From Raillietiella orientalis (lineage: Eukaryota), in assembly GCA_036172245.1 (NCBI GenBank), contig JAYWIR010000013.1, positions 2,914,001 to 2,978,000 on the forward strand: a stretch of 64,000 nucleotides of DNA, read 5' to 3'. The notes under the pieces were generated by a model. It did not search any database and was not told the DNA's origin. It worked only from the letters and a program-made list of their open reading frames with translations. Every line of letters starts with the position of its first letter. Position 1 is the first letter of the stretch. This document shows positions 52,499 through 64,000 of the stretch, piece after piece. The position numbers were made by a program, and so were the translations under genes.

Positions 52499-54658
52499 TA
52501 AGACGAAGGGAGAAGATTCGCTTTGCGACCCGTTCCCTCAACGGATCGGAAAGTCCAGCAGAGAAAAACGCTCTGTCTTCGTAGCCGGCGGCGCGGCAGT
52601 AACGAAGAAGCGCGAAAGCGACGCAACAGTTTTTTTCGGATGGGAACATCCGAGCTTCAGCGTGGGTATTGCGGAATGATCCGAGTCCACCTTCTGGAAC
52701 AGCAGCCGTAGGGAGCGTAGACTCAAATGATTGGGCGCAACCGGTTGCAGAATCCGTCGTTCTTTCATCTGTGGAAGAGGAGAGGGGAAGGGAGTGAAGA
52801 AATCAGGTAGAACATGGAGACCAAGCTCTCAGGAGCTGCAAACAAAAAGCCCCCACGATTGCCTGGGTGCCGGTCTCTGTGAGGGCGTTTTGTTCGCAAC
52901 GGCTGTGTTTCCCAGTTGGCCGCTTGGGTCGCCTACCACTTCCGTGCATACAGTCGGTTGCCGAAGGCGTACGTTCTCAAAAACGTGGTGAAGAAGGAAA
53001 CGGGGGACTGACAAACAGGCAAAGAGACAAAAAATAAAATAAAAACGCCACACCATTAGCCAATTCACTGAGCGTGGAAGCTACAGATGGAATCTTCTCT
53101 TCAATCCAGGAACGCTCTGCCTCACTAGGACGGTCATAACACGGAAAGCTCCATTCACAACGGAAAGCTGCAGAGGTGCGTCCAAACAACACCGGCTGAC
53201 CCTGGCACGACATACGTCACATCCGCATATTTGGAATTTCTCTCTTTCTCGATCACCCTCCTCTTTTTGATAGACCGTGCGTTCAAGAAGGAGGAGGTAC
53301 GATTTGCATCTGGTGCGCAACGGCAGGAAGATTCGAAGCAGCACAGCGTTCCCCTGTTCTGCAAATCCCGGAAGAAGCATTCTGCAAATCTTTTCTTCTT
53401 CTTTCTTTCCTTCCTCAGCAGAATAGCGCTTGACTTTTCCTTTTCGGTGTCGAAAGCAGATCCCTCAGCAGTTCGCGGCAGTGCGTGTCTCGGACAGACC
53501 CTAATGGCAACCCTTCCGGTTTCCTAGAGGGGCGACCCGTCGTCTCCGTATTCCGGTTTCCGGTTTCAGCTGCTATTGCACCTCGTTACCTTCCTTCTGT
53601 AGCCGTTTCCAGCATCCATTACCCGCAAAGAGAGCGCGAGTGAAATGATGAACCTTACGTTCAGTGCGTCCAACGCGCCCCTGCGAGCCACCCCGATTTG
53701 CATACGCGGAGGAATCTTCTGCGAGGTCCATTCTTCGAATTCTTCGGCGGTGCATGCCTTCGAGCCTCCGAGATCCTCTGGATCAGCCTTTTTCATCTCT
53801 ACATCCGGTATGTTTCTCGGCATCCCTTGCCGCACTCGTTGGCATGCTATAATTCTTGGGCGAGTCACCCAGGAATGTTCAGGTGCGGATGTTTCCAGAG
53901 CCTCTGCCTCCCGAATGACGTTTTGTAAGAGCCGCGCCGCATTTCGAGGGATGGCACACGCGTTCTGACACCATTCATTCGTTTGTCCGCGCGAATGGTT
54001 GGTGTTACACTCCGGTGATGGACCATAGGATAGCATTCAAAGGCTCTCAGGTTCCTTCGGGGTGTTCCAGATACGCTTCTGATTCAATAAACAAATGAGA
54101 TTTTCATCTTGGATATCGTAGATTTGATTGGCTCTTTCCACAGGCTGAAATTGAGTTACTCGGAGGGGGGGGGGGAAGATTGCAGAAATAAATGCCTTTG
54201 CTCTCCCTTCTTTAAGTTCACGGAAACCTCGTGTCTGACCGCATTCGTACCTCGGACGGTTTGTCAGGGTCAGAGTGGACCCACTTAGAGCCCGTGGCAT
54301 TCCGTTTCCTCGATTTGAATGCAGCTGCTTGATTTTTTTTCCTTTTTTTTTTTTTTTGGCCGCGCATGGAGGGAAGAGAAGAAAAAAAAAGCTTCGAAAA
54401 TTTTTCTTCAATCGCGAGGAGATACTTTGGTATTTACGATCTGCGTTCACGTGGCGTCGGAAGCGACCTCGCGCTGACAAGTGGGGAAGCTGGGATGACG
54501 CCTTGTCCGGGCGCTGCCTTTGCACCCACACACAAAAATGACCAGCGAGATCTCTTGGATCTCTTGGATCGTCAGCTTGTGGGTGGATCTGCCTATAACA
54601 TTCGCTCTTCCGTTTTGCGTACGTACGGTTCGTGGTAAAAGCAAGGCGGTGCCTATGC

Positions 54659-54706
54659 CTACGTATGCAGACACGGTAATGTACTTACCTGTGTCTGCAT
54701 ACGTAG
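54659..54706. other. near-perfect inverted repeat (hairpin) in the myosin intron
   Basis: CTACGTATGCAGACAC-GGTAA-tgtac-TTACC-t-GTGTCTGCATACGTAG: 21 bp of stem, one bulge, 5-nt loop. Confidence 0.8.
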
Positions 54707-55506
54707 ATATGCGTTCAATATATGATCGCATTTAAGCAAGGTTCTGGGTGCCATTTTATAACGATGTGGACCCTGACGTGAAACGCAGTTTGCTTTCACG
54801 TGCCACGATCCCCGCGAGTTGCTCTGGGGGGGGGGGGGGGAGGAAGAAGGGTTGGAACCTTGTGACCCCACGAGAATCGGGGTGCAGCGAGTAACTTGCG
54901 AGTTGGGAATGCCGCCTTTCGGAGGAGGCGAGACTGCTTGCGCCGCGAGACCTGCATCCGCCACGGATGGAAGGTCCCGGAACCCCAAGACATGAGGGGG
55001 GAAGAGGGATGCGAGTTTCGCTTCCGACGGACCGTGCGGGAAGCGCTCACCCGTGCGGGAGGGAAGGACGGGATGTCTCGGGCGACCGAAAGAGGTGAAT
55101 GGCATCGGCGAGCGGAGGAGCGGCCGTAGCAGCAGCGGGTTCGTCTCCGGCTTTCGAAACGCCTCTTTTGATCCGAACAATCGCTCGTTCCGAGGCGGTG
55201 ACGGCGTCGTCGCAGCGCCCACCGGAGTGTTGGCCCCGGCGCGGGACCGCTCCCTCGTGCCGACGCCGCCGCCGCCGCCGCTCTCGGGCTCCCTCCTCTC
55301 CCCCTCCGCCGGTTTTCCGCGACGCGAGTTCGGCCCGGTCACGTGACAAGAGTTCAAGTGATCAGGTCAGGTAGTTTGCTTAGCGGTCCGCTGGCGGCGC
55401 GTCTTCCCCCGACACCGATTCCGTCCTGCCGGGCGTTCGAAGTGCGTCCCGCCCGAATGTCCGCCTCCCTATGCCCCCCTCCCCCCCCCCCGCAAACTCT
55501 GGGAAG

Positions 55507-55893
55507 CTAGAAGAAGCCGTGCTCGACCCGTCCGGACGATGATGTGACGGGGAGGAGAGAAAAAAAAAAAGTGCCACTACTCATCTCCCTTCCTTTCCCG
55601 AGACATCCTCCGCGCCGACAGCAGGAGGAAGGCGCCTCGCTCGCACTCTTCCCTGCTTCCCAGAGAAGAGAGCCTGAGCTACCCGTCGCGAGAGGTGTCG
55701 CGATGAAGTCCAGGTCGTCGTCGTCGTCCGTTGAGAGGAAATGCGCCAGGATGCGGCTCATCTCCTGCAGCGCCCTGTGCGTCTTCCCCGCGAAGAGCAG
55801 CAGTCCCCCGCGGACCATCACTTCCCACAAGCGCAAGTACAACTTTTCCCGGTCCCTTTCGAAGATCATCGGTGCGAAAATCACCTCCTGCAT
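55507..55893 (-). CDS. hypothetical protein or exon, antisense within the myosin intron
   Basis: MQEVIFAPMIFERDREKLYLRLWEVMVRGGLLLFAGKTHRALQEMSRILAHFLSTDDDDDLDF has strongly G/C-ending codons and globular-protein composition over the first ~70 codons. Family not recognised. Confidence 0.35.
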   Translation of the reverse strand: MQEVIFAPMIFERDREKLYLRLWEVMVRGGLLLFAGKTHRALQEMSRILAHFLSTDDDDDLDFIATPLATGSSGSLLWEAGKSASEAPSSCCRRGGCLGKGREMSSGTFFFSLLPVTSSSGRVEHGFF

Positions 55894-56149
55894 GGAGGAT
55901 GCGGAGGAGTCGCCTCCGGTGGAATTCGAATGCTGGTCCCCGGGGACGGGTTGTGTCAGCCACCACCCGCACCGCTGCGAGAGGCTGCTCGTTAAGGGGT
56001 TCAGCCCCCTGTCCTATACTGCGACCCCCCGCAAAGACAGAAAGACCCTGTTCTCGTCTCTTCTGCTTGTCGCCCGCGACGAGGCGACCTCTTCCTCTCG
56101 CCGAGATGCCCCCCGTCCAGCCAGCAGGAGTGAATGTGCTTCTTTCCAG

Positions 56150-57914
56150 GGCGACCTCGTGTGGTTCGACCCCGGAGTCGGCTATGTGATTCCCGGCGAA
56201 GTCCTCACTGTCGACCACTCGGCCCAGGCCATCGTCATCCAGGCCATGATCAATGGGAAGGTATCGGCACCATCTTCCGACTTTTGTCATCCTCTCTCCT
56301 TTCCCAAGTCGCAGCAGTAGACGCGAGGGACGACGCGGGGGCGTAACTGCGGAAGAAACGAGGGGAGGGAAAGCAGGGACGCGCACGCGCGCCCATGTCT
56401 GGTTCGATGCGTGTCGCCGCCGCCAGCTCTCTGTGTGCGCATGAAAAATTCGTCCGGTTTCCCTCGTGGCGGCCACAGGCCATCGGGAGCGGTGGCTTCC
56501 TTATTCCACGTGCTTTCCAAAAGGTTGCCGCCGACACTCTCCCTTCCCCTCCTCCTCCTCCCCCCGCGATTCGCGATTCCGGGCGAAGGGAAGCGAGATA
56601 AAGGTGAAATGGCGGACGACGACGTGCCCGCCCTCCTCGCCCCGAATGGGAAGGCGCGTTTCTGTTTTGGCGCAGTCCGGGTGGAGCCTCTTCGGGGAGG
56701 AAGGCCTCTCGAATCCTCTCGCGCCTCGGGCGTCCGTCCTTTGCTGCACGAAGGGATCGCAGCGGAAAAGTGGTTGCTGCTTGCACTTGCGCTGGGTTCC
56801 CTTCGGTTTGGTGCTCCTCGCGGCCACGTGGACAGCACGAGAGTGGGCAGACGGCGAGACGGGCGCCAGGGCGGGGCTGGCGGTGATCAGCAAGCACCTA
56901 ACGAAGCACATGCCTTCTTTCGTCCATTCTATTTTGGTATCCGTCGCTGCTCGAAAGTCCTTGCCCACCATCCCTAGTGCCTCCCGGTCGCAGCAATGAC
57001 GAAGAGGGTGGTGAGCGATGGCTGCCTTGCTGGAAAAGCTCTCTCCGCAGGCGGAGGGTTGTGCGAGAGGCGGGGACCGCACTCTCAGCGGCGCGCATCT
57101 TCCTCGGCAGATGAGTGATTGGTGAGCTCATCACCGGTCACGCATGCTCCGGCGCGGCATTCGGCACCCGCGCTCCACTGACCTTTTCGCTCTCCGAAGG
57201 CGTGCGCGCGCGGTGCTTCCCTGGCTTGTCTGCGGCGCGGCAGCTTTCAGCTTCCGTTCTTAGATGGAGCTAAACGCCTCTTTCCTTCTGCCCTTCCAGA
57301 ACGAAACGTTCACTCTCGTAAGGACGCACAACATCCGCAAGAGACAGGATCTTGGACCCACAGGGATCGACGACATGATCAACATAACGTAAACAATTTT
57401 TGACCTCTGATTCACTGAACTCCTTCTTTCCCGTTGACCCTTTTCCCCTTCTGGCTTCGGCCTTTCATTGACGAACCTTCTCGATTTCTCTCCTCAGGGA
57501 CCTGAACGAGGCATCCTTGCTCTGGAACCTAAAGATCCGTTACGAGAGCGGGATCATATACGTAAGACATGGAAGAGAGGGGTGAACAAATGTTCCCTGT
57601 GCTCTGTACTTTTTTGCAGACCTATACCGGAAGCATCCTGATAGCGGTCAACCCTTACAAGATGTTTGACATGTATGGTTTGGACATGGTGAAGAAGTAC
57701 GACGGCCAGATCCTAGGGACGCTGCCTCCGTGAGTTGTATCCCGATCCTATGGAATCCCTCATCCTTAAGCAACAACACCCAACGTGTAGGCACATCTTC
57801 GCCATTGGAGCCGCCGCGTACATCAAGATGTGCAAAGACAAAGAGAAGCAAGTGCTCGTTATCTCGGGAGAGTCGGGTTCAGGAAAGACGGAGAGCACGA
57901 AGCTGATACTGCAG
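56150..57914 (+). CDS. Myo22: unconventional myosin heavy chain, class XXII / Myo81F-like (N-terminal SH3-like domain and start of motor domain; 3'-partial)
   Basis: Exons: 56150-56260, 57300-57388, 57498-57561, 57620-57729, 57791-57914. They translate [18 protein letters not shown]...[31 protein letters not shown]...[22 protein letters not shown]...LPPHIFAIG...[18 protein letters not shown] (P-loop). Myosin identity is secure; the class call is from memory of the N-terminus. The next exon was not found in the window. Confidence 0.9.
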
Positions 57915-60900
57915 GTAGAGAGCACTCTTTGGTGACTTCCCAGCGTTACTGTACTCGAAAAAGAGACCAGAGTGTTTGCGGATATACACGTGTTCCTCTT
58001 TGTTGTTGTTGGTCTCGGAGTGTGCCAACACAAAATTGGGAATCCTGAGTTGTCCACTCCCCTCTCCTTCCTCTTGTCCGCAGCACAGCGTGGACTTTCA
58101 GTTAACTCTATTCGCACTGCCGCCACTGCATGCAACCGTGCCATCCCTTGTCTTTCGCTCACCTTCGGTCGACAGCTGAGTTCGCCTCTTCGTTGTAGGG
58201 AGTGCCATCTCTGCTGCTCCGTCCTCATGAGAGAGTGGCAGTCCACTGTTCGTGTCCGTATGCGCATCCTTCTGCTAAGAAGGAAGCGTGCCTCAGCGCA
58301 GGTCAAAGGTCAGGTTTTGACCTCTCGCGTAGCGTGTCCGCACGCCTTCCCACTCCTGAGTAATCACGAAGCCACGGATGACCAGGTACTCGGCGGAAGA
58401 GGTGCACCGGCTTGCTGTTGTGGTCCGTCGAGTTCAGTGTCTGTCATACAGCACGACCACACGCCTGTTGCAAGGGGCGCACGCGCGTTCTCCCCTACTT
58501 GCGTGACCTCTGTGGGGTGCGACTTTTCGTCAGCACGATGCTTCTTCGGCTTCGAGCCCTGCTAGCGTGAGCGCCACCGGTAGCCGTCTCCAGACTGAGA
58601 ACCGAATGGTGGTCCGATTTCAGATCTGCCTCTCTCAGGAACAGAAGGAATCCTGCGCAAAAAAAATGTGTGGGGCCACGACTGGGGACCGAGGTGAACG
58701 CGCATCCCATAGCTGCGACAGCCCCGCTGGCAGCGCTGCCAGCCGCCGAAACGCCTTGGCGAGCTCCGCATCCGCATTCACCCTGCGGCGGCTGCGTGAG
58801 CACACGTTCGGAAAGCGAGCTGCTGCGACGCCGTCGAGGACTTGGACCAGCCTCCCCAAAACAGCGTCCTTCGGCTAAGGAATAGCCAGGCCCTGAGATT
58901 GTACGGGAAGGGCCCTCCCATGCAGCCTACTGGCCTGCCTATTCCAAACCGGAGAATTTCCAGTCGGCCACCCTAATCTTCCTCCTTTTTCCCACGCAAT
59001 GAGTCTGGGTCGGCTCCTCCCGGGAAGGATTCGTTCCCTCAAGTCGGAGCCTCGACTTTTCCATCAGTGCAGTCTCTTGTTGGAACAGATCGCTTGTCTG
59101 CTGTTGCTGCTGTGAGAATCATTCTTTGTTTCAGGGAGAGATACTGCGCTATCGTTCGTTGCGTCTGTGGGTTTCTTCGAACGAAACGCGTGTATGGATT
59201 CATTCACGACGTTGTGGGGGGGGGGGGATGTCAACTCGAAAATCAGAGGAACGCGCCCATTGTGGAATGGTCTCCGCGGCAACGTGTAAAATCCAAAAAG
59301 AGTGAGCAATTAAACAAAAAACGCTCTCAAGGGACAACATCGTCCGTACGTCTCATGCCTGAAGAGGACGAGGATTTCTTCTCGTTTTACGAAAAACTTG
59401 CAATTCGCAGAAAGTGCATGGTTTGGTGCTCCTCTTTCTAGAAACCGATAAATCATGAATAGTGGGAAAACAAGCAAGAGATCGTTCGGCGAAGAGAAGC
59501 TGCATGACTTTGTGCTGCTCGCTGCCTCGCACTCTTTATTTAGTTTGATAAGAAGAAACTCGATGCACCAGACCCGTAGCAATCACAAGAGAGGAAAGAA
59601 TTACTGGATGAGAGCCTGAGAAAACGCGCGCACACGCAGAAAGAGCAAACATCTCCGGAATTCAAGGAAAACTGGAGATCAGTGCGTGCGGTACACCTCT
59701 CCCTCCGCTCTCCTCCCTTTCTCCATTAGGGTATCTCTGCGAAGGTGGAGCGGACGGCTCTTCGCGGTTTGAAGAGCAATGAGCAAAGAGTACTTGCGAA
59801 TGCAAGCACTCATTGAGGAGCGACAAGCGAAGTAACATCTGCGGTCTCCGGAGCTGAACTTGATCCGCACCACGTACCAGACAACCTGGTATTGCTGCAA
59901 CATTAAGGGAGAGCAGAAAGACGGCCGTGGGCAACCTGTGGTCCGTTGCCACAAAAGGGTTTCTCGCCGCCGGGATCGAGGGACATCCAGTCTTGTAGAG
60001 CGGCGGCCGTTTCGTCGAGACAGCGAGCCCAACTAAGACGAGAGGAACAGGTTCGGGGATACGATCCTTTCGCAGGAACGATTCGGGATACTGCGAGCCT
60101 TCCTGGACGTTAAAGTGAACCGAGTACAGTACAGATTTTGCACAGAATTGCACCGATCATGTGTGCGTGTGTTTTTTTTTCAAACAGTACTCGCGTTGAC
60201 CTCTCTCTTCACTGAAAGGATCACGTGTCAAAGGAGACTCGAGATCGAAAAATGCCGCAAGCGAAGAAACCGATTCCTGCCTAGACGAACATCCATTTCC
60301 AAGTACATGCGTGCGTATTAGATATCCTGTAACACATACGTACGACGGATGCTCGAATTGATTGCGTATACGATGGTGGTCGATTCTTTTCGTTTCTCTC
60401 CATTCTCGCAGACAGTTCGCTCCAAAGAACACCACGATCACGTGCATCTTTGGAGTGTGTTGCCGTTGAGGGGCCGATGACGAGTGATGATCGTGTCCGC
60501 CAGCGGCATCGGCTTGCGAGGGTTCACATGCGGCAGATACAGAGAACATGGCATCGTACTGCCCTTCGAAATCCTCGGGCGGAGTGGCGCGTCCCAACTT
60601 TGCACAGGAAGCTGCTGGGGAAGGGAAAACGTTTGTTGCTGCTGCCGCCTGAGAGCATCTTGCAGAAGTCCCAAGTACACTCTAATGACAGGTGCCGGAA
60701 AGGTTGCATGATCTCTTGGCTCATGAGAATGGCGCAGAGGGAGGAAGTCGGTCATCTGACTCGCTTCGTGAGTGTCCGCATCGCTGCTGCTTGCGAAGTG
60801 CGTATCGGTCTGCGGCCCTTGGCAAGAGTAAAGCTGCCGCTGTAAAAGAGTCTGAACTGAGTCCGGTCTGCTTATGAAATGGTCGGTGTCATGGTTTGTA

Positions 60901-63900
60901 GACGATGGGTCCCCTTTATGTATGCATTTGCCTCGTCTTAAGTGAACGTCACAGAAGGAACATAGGAAGGTCCCCAAGAAGCCAGAAGGACCTACGAAAA
61001 CAAGGCTCCTGACTCGTAGGTGCGGAGAAGGAAGTTCTAAATGCGTTACTTGTGGTTTCTATGAATGTTCACTTGAAGTTGATGGCGCCAAGTAACAAAA
61101 TTGAGTCTTGGCACTCCAGATTGTTACTTTGGATCTCGCACTGCAGCTTTCGGTACACTGCACCTGGTACAACTGCGTACACGGCATGAAGCGGAGAGTC
61201 TGGAGGAATGTGGATGCAGTGGGATTTTGCCCTGGTGGTTGCGGGAGGCCTTCGTCCAAAAGACAAAAACAGCACAATAATTCTTTCATTAATTATTCAG
61301 AAAGGGACGGGAGGTTCGCGGACCTACCTTTATTTTCGGGCAGTCCCCAGGAATCAGCAGGAAACCTTCCTTGTTTCCCCAATCTATGAAGCCGTTTGTA
61401 TTCCTTGGATGACTTTAGATTGGTTCATAACGCGGTTCTTTCATAATCCTACCACCACTGCTGTTATCCCACCGGTCTGTTTTTTTTTTTTTTTTTTTTT
61501 TTCTTGCGAAATGTTGATTTCGTAAGGAAGGGTTTCAGTCGCCTGCGACGAAGCTGCTGCGCGCCGACCGTGTGGAAGCAAGGAACGTGTTGCGGACTTC
61601 CTTTCTCTGCTTCCGTCGCACAGGGGAAGTGTTCGATGAAACCGAACTATGAAGATGAAGTGTCTGTTTGCTTTCGACTAGGTATTCTGGGATTTCATCT
61701 GCCTTTCTCCTCCTCGCGATAAACCGGGTAGTTTCCATCGTGGTAAACACGAAGACAGTAACGTACACGCCAGTAGTCCTACACCACCAGGTGGGGCCTG
61801 CGACTGTTCAAGTGTTCCTAGCCCAATAAGACAATAATCAATTCGAGATGCAGAGTCATTCTTTGGGATTTGAGGTGTTTCGGGGTCCCGAGGTATCTTT
61901 TCGAAGAGCGTTCGACGCGCGCCCTCTGCTTCCCTTCCTGAGTAATCAGCAAAGCAAACAAATAAGGCAGATCACATCACGTGTTTCGTGCTGACGGAAG
62001 TGTCGGGTGTTGGCTGCAAGAGGAAAACATCTGGTGTTTTCCTGTCGGAGTTATTCGAAGTTTGATCGGCAGCGATGAATGAATGGGTGGACGGGAATCG
62101 TTCGGCAAGCCGAGGCCATGACGCATTGTCGATAAACGATCCCGGGAGAATTATCAATATCCCAAGGCAGGGTATGCATATTCAGCAGAAAGTGCTTAAT
62201 AAAGGTTATACAGGAGTGCGTCAAGATGTGATGGGAGTCGGTTTGGATGCGTCGTTTCGTTCAGTGAGGCGCCATTTTCGGGAACTGCTTGGAAGAAGGT
62301 TCCGTCTGTCATTCTTCGGCAGTCGCGAGCGGCGCCGCCGTCATGCCTTCAGTTTTGTGTAGTTTCCAGAGAGAAATTCCTTCCGGTACCTGCGGAAGCC
62401 ATGCATAGTGCAGCAGGAAGCACGGAAAAGAATTTCGAGAGAGATTGCACCGCAAGAACTATTGGCGATCCGGTGTAGGTAGATAGAATACTTGTCTTCG
62501 GATGTGTCCCTGCGGGAAAGTGCGAAAGAGTCTCACCATGGGGAAGCGAGCGGTGGCCGATTTTCGATCCTCGCTCCAGAAACAGGAGTACGTCCGCGGG
62601 AAGAGAGAGAGAGAGAGAGAGGGAAAGAACGGGTATTTGTTTTCCTACCAATGCGAACGAGCCGGGGAGGCCAGGCAGTTTGGATTTCCGTTGCCAGCTC
62701 CTTTTCACGGTGCATACCTTTAGGGTATAGGGGACAAACGAGACTGTCTCATGATCGCCGCTGCATTTGGTGTGTCCTCCTGCTTTCGTTTGATTTTGGT
62801 GATGGGAGCGCCCGAATTCCAGATCTTTGTGGTCGCGCGCCCTCCACGTGAGAGCTTGCATCTTGATTTGGTGAGTCAGCCGAGCTTCTTTCGTGAAGCA
62901 AACTGATAGCTGCACTGGAGTGACGGTTGAACGTTAGGTTTCCGAGCGAGGGTCGAAATATCTCTTCTGGCAGCAGTTCCCTCCAAGCCGTCTTCAGCTC
63001 GTGCGCTCGGTCGAGAACCAGCTTGACGAGGAGACAGGTCAGCCTGTTGAGGAACGCTTTGCATGTTCTTGGGCGATGCTCACTGCTACAGTGCGAAAGA
63101 CGGGGTTGTATCGAAGCGCAAGTCGTGCAGATTGCGGATTCGATCATGGGTAGTCGCGAGCAAGAGTGAACTTGGATGTGCACTCACGAACGACCTACCT
63201 GGTATACAGTGCTGTCACTTGCAGGTCAGCCAGGGTTCAGTATGGGGTTATTTGAAAAACGTGCTCTTCTCCATGAAAAATTCTATTCGTGTTTGTGTTT
63301 TACGAACGATCTGCCGGAGGGTATAACCAGCAACGAGGGCATTCTCCGCCCTCTTCGCTGTTCCACCCCCCCACCACCCCCTATTCTATCCTCCACTCGA
63401 GGTTGTGGTCCCGAGAGGGTCTCGGGTCCAACCTCTGCTTCTGGCAGATCTAGGGAAGCTTATATTGGAGCACACCAGTTCTCTGTTGGCGCGCCTGGAG
63501 TGCCAACAGAATCGCTTGGAGAGGCCCTCCATCCTTTTCCAGAGAACGAGTCTTCGGAGCTGGCTCCCCTTCTTCATCTTGTCTATTCCGGTGCTCCAGC
63601 AGGATACGTTGGGCAATGCAAAATTTACCGTTATTGCTTTCCCTCTACCCTGCAGCGATTAATTTCCACCAAGTGAGGACCTTGGAATTTTTTGCAGTGT
63701 CCTGCGGCCGAGCAGTTCGGTGATGTGCGTGTGCTTGCGCGGTGGCTTCTCATGCTTTCACAAGGAGAAGGTCGTTGGTTTGGGAAGCGGCGTTGAGGTG
63801 GCCTCGCGGAAATGCCCACCTGCAACGGAGTCCAGTACCCGGAAACTTCTTCACATGTGGGAAAAGTAGCTGATCGCGCTCTCTCTCACCGACGCGAACG

Positions 63901-64000
63901 TTTTCACTCGAAACACGAGACAAGGTGCACCACAAGATACTTCGCACGGAAACATGCACGACAACAAGAGTATGGGGCGTGCTGAACACCCAGATACTGG

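Noticed and set aside
1..64000. CRISPR array, prokaryotic operon or horizontally transferred bacterial DNA
   Set aside because: No regularly spaced direct repeats with unique spacers, and all recognisable genes are intron-containing animal genes.

Overview
This is animal (probably arthropod) genomic DNA with spliceosomal introns; there is no CRISPR array, rRNA or intact tRNA. The AT-rich, CpG-poor left ~17 kb holds three compact housekeeping genes whose introns are mostly 38-56 nt: a 5'-partial DHX30-like DExH RNA helicase (+), CPT2 (+) and a TBC1D22 Rab-GAP (-). CPT2 and TBC1D22 converge with stop codons 7 nt apart, each stop embedded in an AATAAA. The GC/CpG-rich right ~47 kb contains transposon debris (two mariner 3' ends, a non-LTR 3' end, a tRNA-SINE-like fragment) and an orphan two-exon gene end. 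It also holds the 5' part of an unconventional myosin (class XXII / Myo81F-like), whose inferred first coding exon at 38493 is followed by a 17.6 kb intron. The main unexplained signals are a frameshift-riddled coding-like antisense tract in the 4.2 kb DHX30 intron, an antisense coding-like frame beside myosin exon 2, intronic hairpins and a hidden 42-bp repeat. All gene models were built by hand from the sequence; family assignments come from remembered motifs, not database searches. I did not find a clearly new multi-gene system.
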